DNA from: Octopus vulgaris
Taxonomy: Eukaryota
Length of the DNA: 64,000 nucleotides
Assembly (NCBI GenBank): GCA_951406725.2
Contig: OX597826.1
Location: forward strand, 20,212,001 to 20,276,000
Reading direction: 5' to 3'
This document shows positions 13,850-26,260 of this stretch, piece after piece. Position 1 is the first letter of the stretch. The number at the start of each line of letters is the position of its first letter. The notes beneath the pieces are model-generated. The model was not told where the DNA came from. It saw only the letters and a program-made list of their open reading frames with translations, and did no database searches. A program made the translations under genes and the position numbers.

Positions 13850-14570
13850 CAGTCTCAACTCTTGGCTCTCCACTTCATCCTACATGGATATCCCCTCACC
13901 ACTATCCACACCGCCCTTGCCAGAGCACGTTCCGTGGACCGTGCATCTGCTCTCTCCCCTCGAATCTGCCCTGCAGTCTCCCGCCTCCCTTTTCCCCTCA
14001 CCTGCCATCCCACCACCCTACCTCTCCAACGCACCATTCTCCGAGCTTTCCGGCATCTCCAGTCCGACCCGTCCACTTCACACATCTTCCCTAACCAACC
14101 CCTCCCCTCCTTCAAACGAGCTCACAACCTACGAGACCTCTTGGTCCACAGGTTCTTCCCCAACCCTACCTCCCAACCTGGCTCGTTCCCCTGCTCCCGC
14201 CCACGCTGCCGCACTTGCTCTTACCTCTCCAACACCACCCTCCTCACCGGCACCCATCATCGACTCCTTCACCTGCACCTCCAGCAATATCATCTATTGC
14301 ATCTCCTGCTCTCTCTGCCATTCCCTGTACATCGGACAAACGGGACGCCGCTTGGCTAACCAGTTCGCGGAACACCTCCGAAACATCCACCTCAGCAATG
14401 ACACCCCAGTCTCACGCCATTTCTGCTCCACCGGTCACTCCTTGCAACACCTGTCTGTGTCCTTGCACAGAGACCATCCGGACTCCCGTTTGTGCTGTGG
14501 ACAGGGATTAATCTTCTCTCTTCACTCTTTTACACCATTTGGGCTCAACTCTCCTCCCCTCTTCATCTAA
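13850..14570 (+). mobile_element. Penelope-like element 3' ORF fragment with GIY-YIG endonuclease
   Basis: PSFKRAHNLRDLLV, CSRPRCRTC, then after a frameshift FTCTSSNIIYCISCSLCHSLYIGQTGRRLANQFAEH..VSRHF..PFGLN. Confidence 0.9.
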
Positions 14571-15230
14571 CCTCCTCCCCAACTCCTACTTCTCTTCACT
14601 CCTACATCTTTTCACCCCTACTCTCTTTCCCTCTTCTCCCTTACTCTCTTCTCTCTTTCTCTCTGCTCCCTCATTCTCCTCTCTCCCCCCTCCCTCCTCT
14701 TTCTTCCCACCCAACTCCTCTCTTGCCTCGACTCCTACTTCTCTTCACTGCTACTCCTCTTCACTCCTACTCTCTTTCCCTCTTCTCTCCCCTCCTTCCC
14801 TCTTACTCTCTTTCTCTCTTCTCTCCTCCTCTCTCTCCTCACATACCCACCTTCTCCTCCTCCCATAAACCCACCCACCCCTACACATCCCTACTCCACC
14901 TTCCCATCCCCCCAATCCTCTCCAACACCCCTCCCCCACATACCCCACCTCTACCCCCACTCTGCCTATCCACAAACCCCGACTCTACCCCAACCCCCAG
15001 CCGAACCCACACCCCACCCATGTTTTCCCCACTCTCGCCTCCCCCACCTCCCAACAACATCACACCACACCACACTACACCATACAACATTACACACCAC
15101 CCACACACCCATCCCCACATCTTCACACCTACACATACATACACGCACACATCCAGACACCAGCCCTCTTTCACATGCACATACATACTCTCTTATACAC
15201 ACATGCACCTTTGTGTTGGGGGTCATCTTT
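14571..15230. repeat. Low-complexity CT-rich then CA-rich tract
   Basis: Almost G-free pyrimidine and CA-rich sequence directly 3' of the Penelope ORF. Confidence 0.9.
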
Positions 15231-15348
15231 ACCTTGTTATCTCCCCTACTTTCCCTCTCATGTTTGACCCTTCTGTCTGGCACTAGTCGGCATGATAGAT
15301 CGTTAGCCACTACACACATTTTTTTCTCTCCTTGTTTTTTCTGTGTCC

Positions 15349-15384
15349 CTTTCTGTAGAAGAGCGTAGGCTCGAAACATAAAAG
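15349..15384 (+). ncRNA. Minimal type I hammerhead-ribozyme-like motif in the Penelope 3' terminal repeat (variant core)
   Basis: CTTT-CTGTAGA-A-GAGC(GTAG)GCTC-GAAAC-ATA-AAAG: stem I CTTT/AAAG, perfect stem II, GAAA. The core has T in place of A in CUGANGA. Confidence 0.5.
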
Positions 15385-15471
15385 ACTTTTTCTATTCTTG
15401 TGCGTTATACTAATACATCTGTTTGTTTTGTACACCACCTGTCTTCGTCTTTTGCTTTTTTCGTAAACTCT

Positions 15472-15520
<49 letters not shown>

Positions 15521-15852
15521 TATGTATGTATATATCAAAGTATGCAGTATTGTGGCTCAATTTCAGCCGATCTTATCAATCAGTTTCACACTGGATGTTA
15601 GATAATGGGCAGTTATCTAATCCACATGCTCTTCAGGGATGGCAGGTATGGAAAAGAAAAATATGGGAACCACCCTTAAGGGTCACAGTTTAAGCACCAT
15701 TTTCTGTGGCACTGTAAAAAGTCAAATTTTGTTTCTCTTTTTTTCATCCTTTTTCTATTGATGTTGATCCAGTAATCAGTGACATTTTCACTATATAATG
15801 GAATTTTCCCTAATCTATCATAAATAATTCATTGATATTTGTTATTTTTCAG

Positions 15853-16062
15853 GCTGTGGCAATCCACTGTGCCCATGGAAAAGGAAGAACTGGTACCATG
15901 ATTGCTTGTTATCTGATTAAGTATCACAATCAGACAGCCAGTGAAGCATTAAGAAACATCCGGGAATCAAGACCTGGCTCAGTGGAAACATTTCAACAAG
16001 AAGAATTAATTTATATGTTCGAAAACCAACACAACCAGACAAAAATGCAAAAAGGAAACTGA
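15853..16062 (+). CDS. DUSP23: Dual-specificity phosphatase 23-like, terminal exon (catalytic loop)
   Basis: Acceptor ttatttttcag, then AVAIHCAHGKGRTGTMIACYLIK..EALRNIRESRPGSVETFQQE..TGA. The HCx5R motif and RPGSxET match DUSP23. Upstream exons were not identified in the window. Confidence 0.85.
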   Translation, partial: AVAIHCAHGKGRTGTMIACYLIKYHNQTASEALRNIRESRPGSVETFQQEELIYMFENQHNQTKMQKGN

Positions 16063-16814
16063 AGAATCTCGTTAGAAATGACACCATTAGAAACTAATTA
16101 ACAAGGTCTAGAAACATCTTTTAGTTCTTCTTGTAACCAGTTTTAGAAGAAGGCAGGTTATATTTTCATCTTCCAACTTTTGATTTTTTTTTATCATTTT
16201 GTTATTTATTCATTTTGTATAATTTTCATTTGAAGTATTTTTGCTCATGTAATTTCAACTGCACACCATTTATATCTTGGCAGTTATTCTACTTTTGATT
16301 TTCTTTTATTCTATTTTGCTTAATTCTTTGACCTTACTAATAACAATTTATCATTAAGTTAACACATTCCGATTGTAACCTTGTAAATTTCCATCTTTCA
16401 CAAAATTCTTCAATTTTATGTAAAAATGACATTTAAAAAAATATTTCTCATCATTTGAAGCTGTTTTTGAACTTATCATACAGCATTTATTGGTCTCACT
16501 AGTCTTGGAGAGCCGACAATGGCTATGAGTCAGCCTTTTTGTCCAGATCAAAATATTGAAAGAATAAGTTAGAATAATTTCGCAATTGATCTTAAGTATT
16601 TCAGAAGTGATATTTTTGGTTCACTATCTTCTTCAACTCTAAACTTGGATGTGAATTGTGTTCTAGAACTGATTCACATGAACACCAAGTCAACAAGTTA
16701 CGTAGAAGCATGGCACATATTTCGAATTCCCAAGTTTTTGTAAATTTTAAAATGTTTAATTCTTATATTTTTTAATGAATTACAAAAAACCTGGCTATTA
16801 TTATGATTAGTTCG

Positions 16815-17155
16815 TCTGTCATTGTTGACGATGATCAAGGACATCAGATGGGAGAGGAAGATGGGGCATGGTATGTCTGGCTGTGGTCAGTCGGTCTGAT
16901 GCATGCTTGGAAGGCTCTGCCGCAAGTTGAGCACTAGTGGTCAGTCGGGACTGAAGGCAAGGAGTTGGCCCTGAACTTGTGTAGTTAGCATTGTCCTTGT
17001 GTCCCTGCCATTCTCTTCTGTTTGTAAGAGGGTACCACCTCTGTCGGTGCAGCTTTGCCAAGCAGAGCAGTCTTGTGCTTGCATTTCCTCGGTGTCAGGG
17101 TTGATCTCAAAACTCTTTGGTGAGGCTTTGACTGTATCCTTGAAGCACTTTTTCT
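16815..17155 (-). mobile_element. RTE-clade LINE extreme 3' end
   Basis: QKKCFKDTVKASPKSFEINPDTEEMQAQDCSAWQS..CSTCGRAF (cf. QKKRFKDTLK..AQDRSAWR..C2H2 tail). Confidence 0.8.
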
Positions 17156-17350
17156 GGTTAGGATAAGTATTAGAGATCTGGCTAGGAGACTAGTTACAGT
17201 TCTGGCTAAGAGAATTACAAAAGATCTAGCTAGGAGAATTGTTAGAGATCTGGCTGGGAGAATTACTACAGATTTGGTTACGAGAATTGCAAGAGATTTG
17301 GCTGGGTGAATTGTTACAGATTTAGCTCGGTGAATTGTTTCTGTTACAAA
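17156..17350. repeat. 24-bp minisatellite, about 8 diverged units
   Basis: Repeating unit like GAGAATTGTTAGAGATCTGGCTAG. Confidence 0.85.
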
Positions 17351-20300
17351 TATTTTGTTGTATTTAAACAAGAATAATTGAGGTTTTCTGTTGAATTATA
17401 TTGTTAAAAATGAATGCTATGATTTGAAATCATCCCAGTGAATATTTTTTTTAAATGTTGATCAAAAATCCTTTCCATTGGAATTATTTGTAAACTCCAG
17501 TTGAAACTTCTCTTTCAAATGAATGAAATATATTTCAAACAGAAATCACTTGTTAAATTGAGAAACTGATAAAGAATCTATAAATGTTTTAATCGATGAT
17601 GATAAAGAATATGTTTCAGAAATGAAAAGAAGCATGAGAAATAATTACAGTAGGGTTAATTGTGGGGATTAGGGAAAACATTCAAGGCTAATTAGCATCA
17701 GTTGCAACTAATTTCTCAAACATTGACAAAGTAAAACTCTGTTGCTCTTCTTTAATTTTCCTCCAATCAACTTTATCCTGAAGAAGGATTCTATCCAGAA
17801 GATTGGATACTCCATTCCCCACCCCATGGCAATTTCACTGAACTCTGCCGATTCAATTAACATTGGTTGGAAGTGATGGGGTGAGGGGGGGTGGGGATGG
17901 GAGTAAGAGAAACAAGGGAGACAACTCCAAAGGTTTGTTTTTATCATCAACCGAAGCATTAACTTTGCCATAATTTACACTAGTAAATAACATATACATA
18001 TATATATATATATATATATGAGAATAGGAAAAAAGCATTACGGATTGTTTAATTTTGCTTTTTGGTCACATAATAATAATAACAGAAGATAAAAGAATCA
18101 TTAGAGTGTTGGAAAAAATACCTTGTAGTATTTGGTTGTGGTGCTTCATGCTCGAAGTTCAAATCCTGCCAAAATCAACTTTACCTTTCATCCATCCAAG
18201 GTTAGTAAACTGAAGTTCCAATCAATCTGATATAAACACTGTAAGTTATTTTTTTTTAGTTAATTAACCTGCAACTTTCACAACTTGATTTCTTTTCCTT
18301 TCATAATTTTTTCTTCTCAAATTTATCCCAGCCTATTCTTCTATCAATTCTTTAAACAAGTCAAGTCATTTGGTTGGAATTAATTTAAGAGACAAAAGTA
18401 TTTCCTTGATGGGAATCTAATAGTCTTGATATGTACTCTTTGATTTGTTATGTTACTGATATATATATATAGCTTGAACTAAAGTTTCTGTAATGAAAAC
18501 AAGGAGTTTTGGAGTATTTTTGTCACTGTATATACTCAGGTACTCCAATACACCCTATGGCTTTCTTGTGATTTCATCTGATCAAAGATTCCAAAGTCAT
18601 CCATTTGAAAGAGTTGTAAGTAAACTTGGAGTAGTAAATGTATTTGTTGAATTTATCAAAATGAAATTTATGTTTGCTCTACTGACTCTGTATTGTTGAA
18701 TCTTAGCATTGAGTACTTTTATTGTATATATGTACATACAAACATATATTAACAAACATACACATATGTGCATGCACACACATGTATGTTTATACACATA
18801 CACACACACAGACACTTGTTAAATATATCACTTCACCTAAATGGTGTGGATTTACATGGCTATTTAAAGAAACTTAAATATTCCAAGTGAGAGATAAATG
18901 AAATCTTGTCTTCCTTCTTTCCATAGTCCTAATCTGTTATCCAGTTTGGCACCCCTAACACATCCTTGGGTATCTTCAACAGAATCCATTTTGTTGCAAG
19001 CATTCACATCAGATCTCTAGTCTGTGGATAACATCCTGTTACCATTCTTAGAGACTCTGATGAAGGTCTTGGACATTGCCTTTCCTACTTTGGTAGAAAT
19101 ATAGACGGTCAGTTAACACTGGTTGCCTGAACCATTTTGGCAGACATCTCTTGAGAATCATCACTTATTGATGATGATGTTGTGGCTTAGTTTCACGTCA
19201 GCCTTCATATGACTTTCTCAGGCATAGCATATCTAAGACTACATTATCTATTGTGTCACCTCCCTTTTTTTAAGATGTTATTTTACTGGTTTCACTCAGT
19301 GGACTCTGGCCATGCTGGGGCACAACCTTTGATTGGTTTTTAATTCATTGTATTGATCCCAGTACTGATTTTAGTTGGGTTGGTGTCTATTTTATCAGTC
19401 TCTATTTATCAAATCACTAAGTTACCCTTTTAACATAAAGGGACACAACTTGACATTGGTTTTACACCAGTAAATACACACACACACATTTATATACTTG
19501 CATTCACATTAAGGTTTCCTACACCATTTCCATCTCCCAAATTCTGTTGACAAGGCATTGGCCAACCCAAGGCGCTGCTGTCAGACATTTGCCCAAGGTG
19601 CCATATTGAGGGTTTGAACTCAGGACCATGTGGTTGTGAAGTGAACTTTTTAATCAAACAATGCAGCTATGCCTGAAGATGTAATTTGAGGGAGATTTGG
19701 TTGCTATTTCTAGCATGTATGACTACTATATAAACAAGTTCATTTCAGTCCTGTTTCTTGTTTATGTTTGTCACAACTCTCTTTGTCTTGCCAATATTTC
19801 TTCACTTTTGTTGTGAATTATTAAAGTAAACCACACCCACTTCATTAGCAATGCATTAATTAGTTGCTTTTTAAATGGTCCCCTTTCTTGGTTTGTTGTT
19901 AATTCCAGTATGATGGTAATAATGGAAAAGTTAGTTTAGATTGTCAATTCTTTGAGCTTGTTGTATGCAACATGAGGTAATGTTAGTTGGTGAGATTAGA
20001 TGTAGGTAGAATGAGTTCAAATAGAAGCTATGGTAGTTATTAATTAGTATCAATAAAAGCTGGTAACATGGTCTAGTGGTAAGGGTGTTGTTGCACTCAT
20101 GATCGCATAATCACAGGTTCAATTCTTGAAACAGATGTGCATTATGTTTTTGAGCAAAACACTTCATTTTACATCGCTCCAGTCCATTCAGTTGTAAATG
20201 GGTTCCCCCCTGGCATCCTGTTCTGGAAGAATGTTGGCCTGACCATCTACCCAAGGGGGTAGCATCATTCAGAAGCTACAATAATGCAAGGAAGTGTATT

Positions 20301-23300
20301 GTAACTAGTGGTGTGTAACAACATCTGATAGTCTTGCCAATCCAGTGATACAGTTATGTAGTCATCATAGTTCCATGTATCTATCTCTCTCTAGTGTTAC
20401 TATAGTTTCATAGAGTTACTCTCTCTCTAAATTTGATTTTTAAATGTTATTCAAAAAAAAAAAATGTACCATATCTTTACGAAATTAGAAAATATAGATT
20501 GAGTTGCACTTTACTGAAAGTTTCCAAGGACCAAATTGTGTCTGATAATTCTTCAGAAATCCATGTCATTAGCATTGTTGGAATTACTTCTTCATTACAT
20601 ACTTTGCACCAGAAAATAGTTTTAATCTCAATCATTCATATGGAATAATGTCTCCCTGTGAAAAATGGTTTGGCCTTTGCAGTTTGTCTTGAAACAAAGT
20701 CTTTTCCTTGACTTGTGATTCTTGCCCTTTTGGACAAAATGCTGTCCAGTATTTAGTCAGATCAGTTTCAGCTCTGAGTTCAAATCATGCCAAAGTCGAC
20801 TGTACCAATCATTCTTCAGGGGTTGATTAAAATAAAGTTCCAATTAAGTTTTAGGGGTCAAGCTAATTAATTAATTAATTAATTATATACAATCGATTAT
20901 ATCCGTCCCCAAAATATGTGGCCTTGTGCCTCCCTTAGAAATCAATAACTATGTTGCTTGCCCCCGCCTCCCACCATAAATCCTTTCTGCTCAATTATAA
21001 TAAGGCAGAAGAAAGATAATCAATAATAAATTAATAAATTAATACTAATTAATAAATTAATACTAATTAATAAATTAATACTAATTATTCATTGATTTCA
21101 AGAGAAGAAATGGTGAAGCTAATAAAAGGTGGGGTTTGATTATAAATTAGTGGATAGTGGAGTCTTGGTTGATTTACTCCAATCTAAGTAATCTGCAGTG
21201 GTGGCCACTGAGAACATATCGATGTATCTGTGATAACAATACAGTGTTCAAAAACACTGAGTCTCTGGGTTACAATAATTGTTGTTGTTGTTGTTTAACC
21301 CCCCCCCTCCAGGTCAGACCTTATGATGAAAGACATTCAAGTTGCAGTGATCTTATCTTAAGGTATAATGCATCCAAAGCTACAGCATCCTGGATGGATG
21401 GGCTTCTTTCATAATTTTAAAGACAATATGAGGTGTTTTGCCTGTTATTTCTAGCAAGTCTAGTGAGCAAGTAACGTCTTACCCCTGCCTCTTCAGTTCA
21501 TGGTTTACAATCTAAGAACTTCTTTGGGTGGAAAAGATCAATGAACAATGTGTTGAGATAGTTAGGATGGATGGTCATGTTTAGAACGTTATAGTTTGAG
21601 TCCTGCCATGGGTTGTAGACATGCTAGAGCAGTACTGGCTGAATTTAATAACAGATCTGTTGCAATCCTAATTCCACTAAGCTGCCAATACTGCATTTGT
21701 TAATCTAGCTTCTGTAGCCACAGAATGTTTAGTGAAATAGTTTGGTAAATCTTATATGACACGACTTGGAACTACTTGTAGTAACTTCTGGAAACAACCG
21801 AATGAACTAATTGACATGCTAACTTACTATGCAGCACTCTTGAAATAAAGCAATTGAGTTGAGTTAAATTTAAATTAACATTAATTTTTCTCAGCTTTTT
21901 ATCCTGCCATAAAATGTCTAAAATTCTAAAATGTTTGTTGTTTAAAAAAACAAAATCAGACATGAAATATTTTGTTTTGTACCTTTTTAGTATAAAAATT
22001 GTATTTGATTGAATATTTATAACAATTTTCCTTTTGGTAAAAAAAACAAAACAATTTAGGTTTTCTCAGAGAAGTTATTTGTCTTGCACTTGATTCCAAA
22101 GCCTTCAATATTCCAAAATATTGGCTTCTTTTAACAAATGAATCAATACAAAGGTCATATTTCTGCTTTATCTGACATTTCTATTTAACAGAACGTCATA
22201 TTCTTCAATATAATTATGTTTTGAAATAGAATTAAATTCTTGCATATTTTAGCAGGATTGCACTTTTTTTCTTTTTAAATTTTTTTTTTTTTCAGTAGAA
22301 TTATTTTATATTTAGGAGTTGTTGATTTTGGGGGTTGTTTTTATATTCAAGTATTTATAGAAAATTTATTTTGGCTAGAATTACATTTAACCCTAAACTT
22401 GACCATTGTTTTATATGGCACACGCTGTCTCATCATTGTAGAATTGACACTTTATTGGTTTAATCAGTTTTGGAGAAATATTTGTATATTATATCATTCG
22501 ATACAATTCTTGGTCACAATAATGGCAGCAGGTGGTGAACTAATGGTGGTCTGTTAGAGATAAGACAACTTTTAGTTCTGTTTGTTGCCAAATATGAGAC
22601 CAACAGAGATTTCTCAAATGACACATCTCTGTTGGTACAAGAACCTTGGTTGGAAATATTTTGTTTTCTCTCTTTGATTGAGGCCAGATTTTAAATCTTG
22701 CTCACCAGTAATATAAATGGTCTTCTGAGCAAGAACTAGAAAATCAGGAAGAGAGAAAAACATTCCTACCATAATGTCATTTATTAGAATATCTTTTTGT
22801 CCCTCCATGTTCTAAGGGAATGGCCACAGCACATGGGGGCGATAATGAATTGAAGCTTTCGGCTGCAACTGCTGAAATATATTACAGAACAAAAAAATTG
22901 TCTGCCATCTGCAGACAAAGTGGGATAATATATCATATTTCTCCTGGTCAAAGAAAAATAAAAAAAGAAATCATTTGATTTTGTTTAAGTTTCTATGACT
23001 TTTTATTTTCTTCACAAATAATTCTTTTTCTCTGTAATATTTTGAGAAAGTTGTTATAAACTCCATTCTCTTTTTACATCAAAGTAAGACAATCTTCCAA
23101 ATGTCTCAGTTAGAAATAATTACCATGGCTTGTCTTAATCTTTCTCTGTTTTCCCAATGAACTGTTTCACGTGTACACTATTCTTTTGTAAGTTCATTTA
23201 TTAAAAATTGGTTGGATTCTTTATAACACAACTATTTTTATAAATAAAAAAATTCATTCTTTACAAATGTTCTTTGCTTTGTTTTGTGAATTTTATTGTT

Positions 23301-24829
23301 TTGAAATTTTTCATTTGTTTCAGTCATTAGACTGTGGCCATGCTGGGGCACCTCCTTGAAGAGTTTTTAGTCAAATGAATCAACCCCAGTACTTGTTTGT
23401 TAAGCTTGGTACTTATTCTATCAGTCTCTTTTGCTGAACCAGTAAGTCATGGGGATGTAAACAAACCAACACTGGTTGTCAAGTAGTGGTAGGGGATAAA
23501 CACACACACATACAATATATATATATATACGATGGGCTTCTTTCAGTTTCTGTCTTCCAAATCTGCTTCTGAAGGTTTTGGTTGGTCCAAGGCTATAGTA
23601 GAAGACACTTGCCCAAGGTGTCACATAGTGGGACTGAACCCAGAACCATGTGGTTGTGAAACAAACTTCTTACCACCCAGTCAAGCCTGCATCAATATGA
23701 AACTAGAGCTTTTCTATTTTGATAACTCTTTCAACCTTGGAGGGATTAAACAAATCCAACACCAGCAGGCATGGCTATTTAGTTAAGAAGTTCACCTTGG
23801 AGTTATGTAGCTTCAGGTTCAAACTTACTGAATGGTACTTTGTATAAGAGTCTTCTGATCATGGCATCACGTCAGCCAAACCGTTGTAACTGAAATTTGA
23901 TTGGGAGAAATATTTTGATCGAAGACTCCTGTAATATTTGCTCTGTATTGTGTAAATGAAACTCCCTTCTATCCACTCATTGCCAAAAATACAATTACCC
24001 ATTTGTTCATTGGGAAACTGTAACAAGCAGACTGTGTTTTGATAATTGGGTTTTAAAATCTGTTTCAAAATCTCTCAGAAGTGGGGGATTGATTGATTTA
24101 CATTTTGATAATTAAATCAGTTGTGGTTATGTGATTGTGAAGTTGGCTGCTGGACTGTGTGGTTCCAAGTTCAGTCCCACTGCATGGCACCATGGGCAAG
24201 TGCTGCCTCCTACTAGAATCCCAGGCCAACTAATGCTTTATAAGGGAATTTGATATAGGTGGGAACCAAAAGAAGCTCACCATGTATGTGTGTGCATGTA
24301 CATGTGTCTATGTGTGTATGCCTGTGTGTGTGTGTGTATGCCTCTGTGTGTGTGTATGCATGCCTCTGTGTGTGTGTATGTGTTTTCCCTAACTCATCTG
24401 TAGGCCTTATAATGAACCACATGAAAACAAATGTCACATGGTCCAGAGATGTAGCACAAGATCGAATAGAAGTGAGAAGCCAATAAATGAAAGGGGTAAA
24501 GGAGTGGGTCTACCTAGGACACACAGTGAATATGTGCTGAGATATGGCTAAGTTCAAGTTCCACTCAGCTGCACATGTTGCAAAGTCCACAGACAACAGG
24601 TGGACTGGTGCAGTTGCTGAGTGGCAAAAGATTGGAAAAGCCACTTGGAAAGGCCTCCGTTATGAGGGGAAGACTATTTAGTTAAGAGATTTGCAACAAT
24701 TGGAAAAGATTAGCACAATCCAGCAAGAACCGGAAGTGCATTATGACTCCCAACAATATTTAATGGTCTTGGTCGATTCAGTGATTTAGGGATTTAGGAT
24801 TTCTGGTCAGCACTAGTTTCCTCTAGGAC

Positions 24830-25086
24830 AGTGATTCTCAACCATTTTCCCCCCAACGGACCCCTTAGATGTCTATTTTTCATGGGAGTTGGGGTGGGGG
24901 TCCTCATAGTCACTTGATGTTTAAAAAATTGTATTATAATTAAATATTATAAGGAATTGTATAAAAATATAGTTAACATATTTTGTTTATTGTAGAAGTA
25001 TAACAAGTTTATGGCAGATAAACTTTAACGACAAAACTTTATATTGACTCCTAAAGGTCATATGAGCCCTGGTTTAGAACCTCTGC
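24830..25086. mobile_element. hAT-like MITE
   Basis: Ends CAGTGATTCTCAACC and GGTTTAGAACCTCTG; a related truncated copy lies at about 47085-47290. Confidence 0.6.
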
Positions 25087-25129
25087 TCTCAGTCTACTGT
25101 TTTCTTTAAATAACTTTTTTCCATAGAAT

Positions 25130-25358
25130 TATAATTACGCCTTCAGAGAGATTAGTTAAGGAGAGATACGAGACTATGTTCTCAATTTATTATAATTTAT
25201 TCGTTACACGCACCTTACCGATAATTAAAGCGGTATAAAATATCCGGAACAATTTAAAAGGCGGAATGTTTATAGATTTACACCGTTGTCTTGATGTCAA
25301 TGAATAATCATGTGTTTAGGTCTGAGTTGAGTAAAATCAACTTTTGTGAAACAACTAA
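25130..25358 (+). promoter_or_regulatory. Probable MOCS1 promoter/5'UTR
   Basis: Local CpG retention and ETS-like CCGGAA/GCGGAA motifs immediately upstream of the first ATG. Confidence 0.4.
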
Positions 25359-25457
25359 ATGTTGCAGCATCTGTATAATGGGAAGAATATGATATGCATA
25401 TTTCGGAGAGCCTTCTGGCCTACTGCGCGGAATTATGTTTTATTGCGACATTTACAG
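25359..25457 (+). CDS. MOCS1: MOCS1A exon 1 (putative mitochondrial transit peptide)
   Basis: ATG preceded by in-frame TAA; MLQHLYNGKNMICIFRRAFWPTARNYVLLRHLQ is Arg-rich with no acidic residues; strong donor CAG|gtaagt, phase 0, matching exon 2. Confidence 0.7.
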
Positions 25458-25830
25458 GTAAGTACAGTTTAATAATGAGTCTGTTGTAAAATTTAATGCT
25501 GAATGTTTTAAGTTTCAACTTTTCTCTGTTTGCAATGTTAGAACTTGACCGAATTCTTGAAATGAAGACTGAAAGAGTAATCTTCTGAAATTAAGAAATT
25601 AATATTTTGTTAACTATTTATTTAAAAAACACTTCCGATTTGTTTCTTTGACAGAACATCTTTGTCGTTTGTAATTATATAATTTTCAAGGTGGAAGGTG
25701 TTATTAGGCACTAAACTGCGACACTAATTAATTTAGTTTTAAGCTTCGAATCAAGACAATTACGAAAAGAGCAAGTGTCAACTGCTTGCGTACTTCATTA
25801 ATAGAATTCCTTATAAATGTGTCTGATGCG

Positions 25831-26053
25831 AATGCAGTTTCGCACCTCTCCTTGAAAATGCAGGGGTTTTTTTGTTTTTTTTTTAAATTGGGGGTAGAAA
25901 GGGCCGAGTAAAATTAAAAAAATTTTTTTTTTTGTATATTCGTAATCTTCGACACCTAAAACAAAGGTTTCTGAAAATGGTTAACCATTTTGGAGAGCCT
26001 TCTGGCCTTCTGCGCGAAATTTTTTAAGGAAAGGTGCGAAACTGCATTAACCC
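25831..26053. mobile_element. MITE in MOCS1 intron 1
   Basis: TIRs AATGCAGTTTCGCACCT / AGGTGCGAAACTGCATT; same family as 49259-49656, in opposite orientation. Confidence 0.8.
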
Positions 26054-26211
26054 CTTGACTCTTTATTCTGAAAAGATTCTAGAAACAATTTGGGATTTTT
26101 TCATTCCTCTTTTATAAACTTACTCGCGTCTAGGGTACTTTTATACGGACTGTCGCTAAGTCCCTGCAACCCCTGCGGTCGCAGGGGGCCTCCGCGGTTG
26201 AGAGGTCCCAT

Positions 26212-26260
26212 GTTAAGACCAAGGTACATAGATTAGCCATCTATGTACTTTGGTTAAGAC
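26212..26260. mobile_element. 33-bp inverted-repeat insert between 8-bp direct repeats (probable DNA-transposon excision footprint, P-element-like)
   Basis: GTTAAGAC + CAAGGTACATAGAT TAGCC ATCTATGTACTTTG + GTTAAGAC. Confidence 0.65.

Noticed and set aside
14492-15379. Long Pro/Ser/Leu/His-rich and Gly/Val-rich ORFs (up to 264 aa)
   Set aside because: Artefacts of the stop-poor low-complexity CT/CA tract.
1-15852. Upstream DUSP23 exons (NFSWV, DFxPP motifs)
   Set aside because: Several AG/GT-bounded candidates were checked by eye (e.g. near 2530 and 7209) but none encodes DUSP23 motifs; the exons probably lie upstream of the window.
16985-17371. 128-aa repetitive ORF
   Set aside because: Made of a 24-bp minisatellite plus an out-of-frame RTE tail.
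19053-19114. Another hammerhead-like motif (GACT-CTGATGA..GAAAT..GTC-AGTT)
   Set aside because: Stems II and III cannot be formed convincingly; at best a heavily decayed copy.
22598-22890. 12-bp-stem hairpin and exon-like open segments on both strands
   Set aside because: No recognisable protein, no partner exons, and the stem is short enough to be chance.
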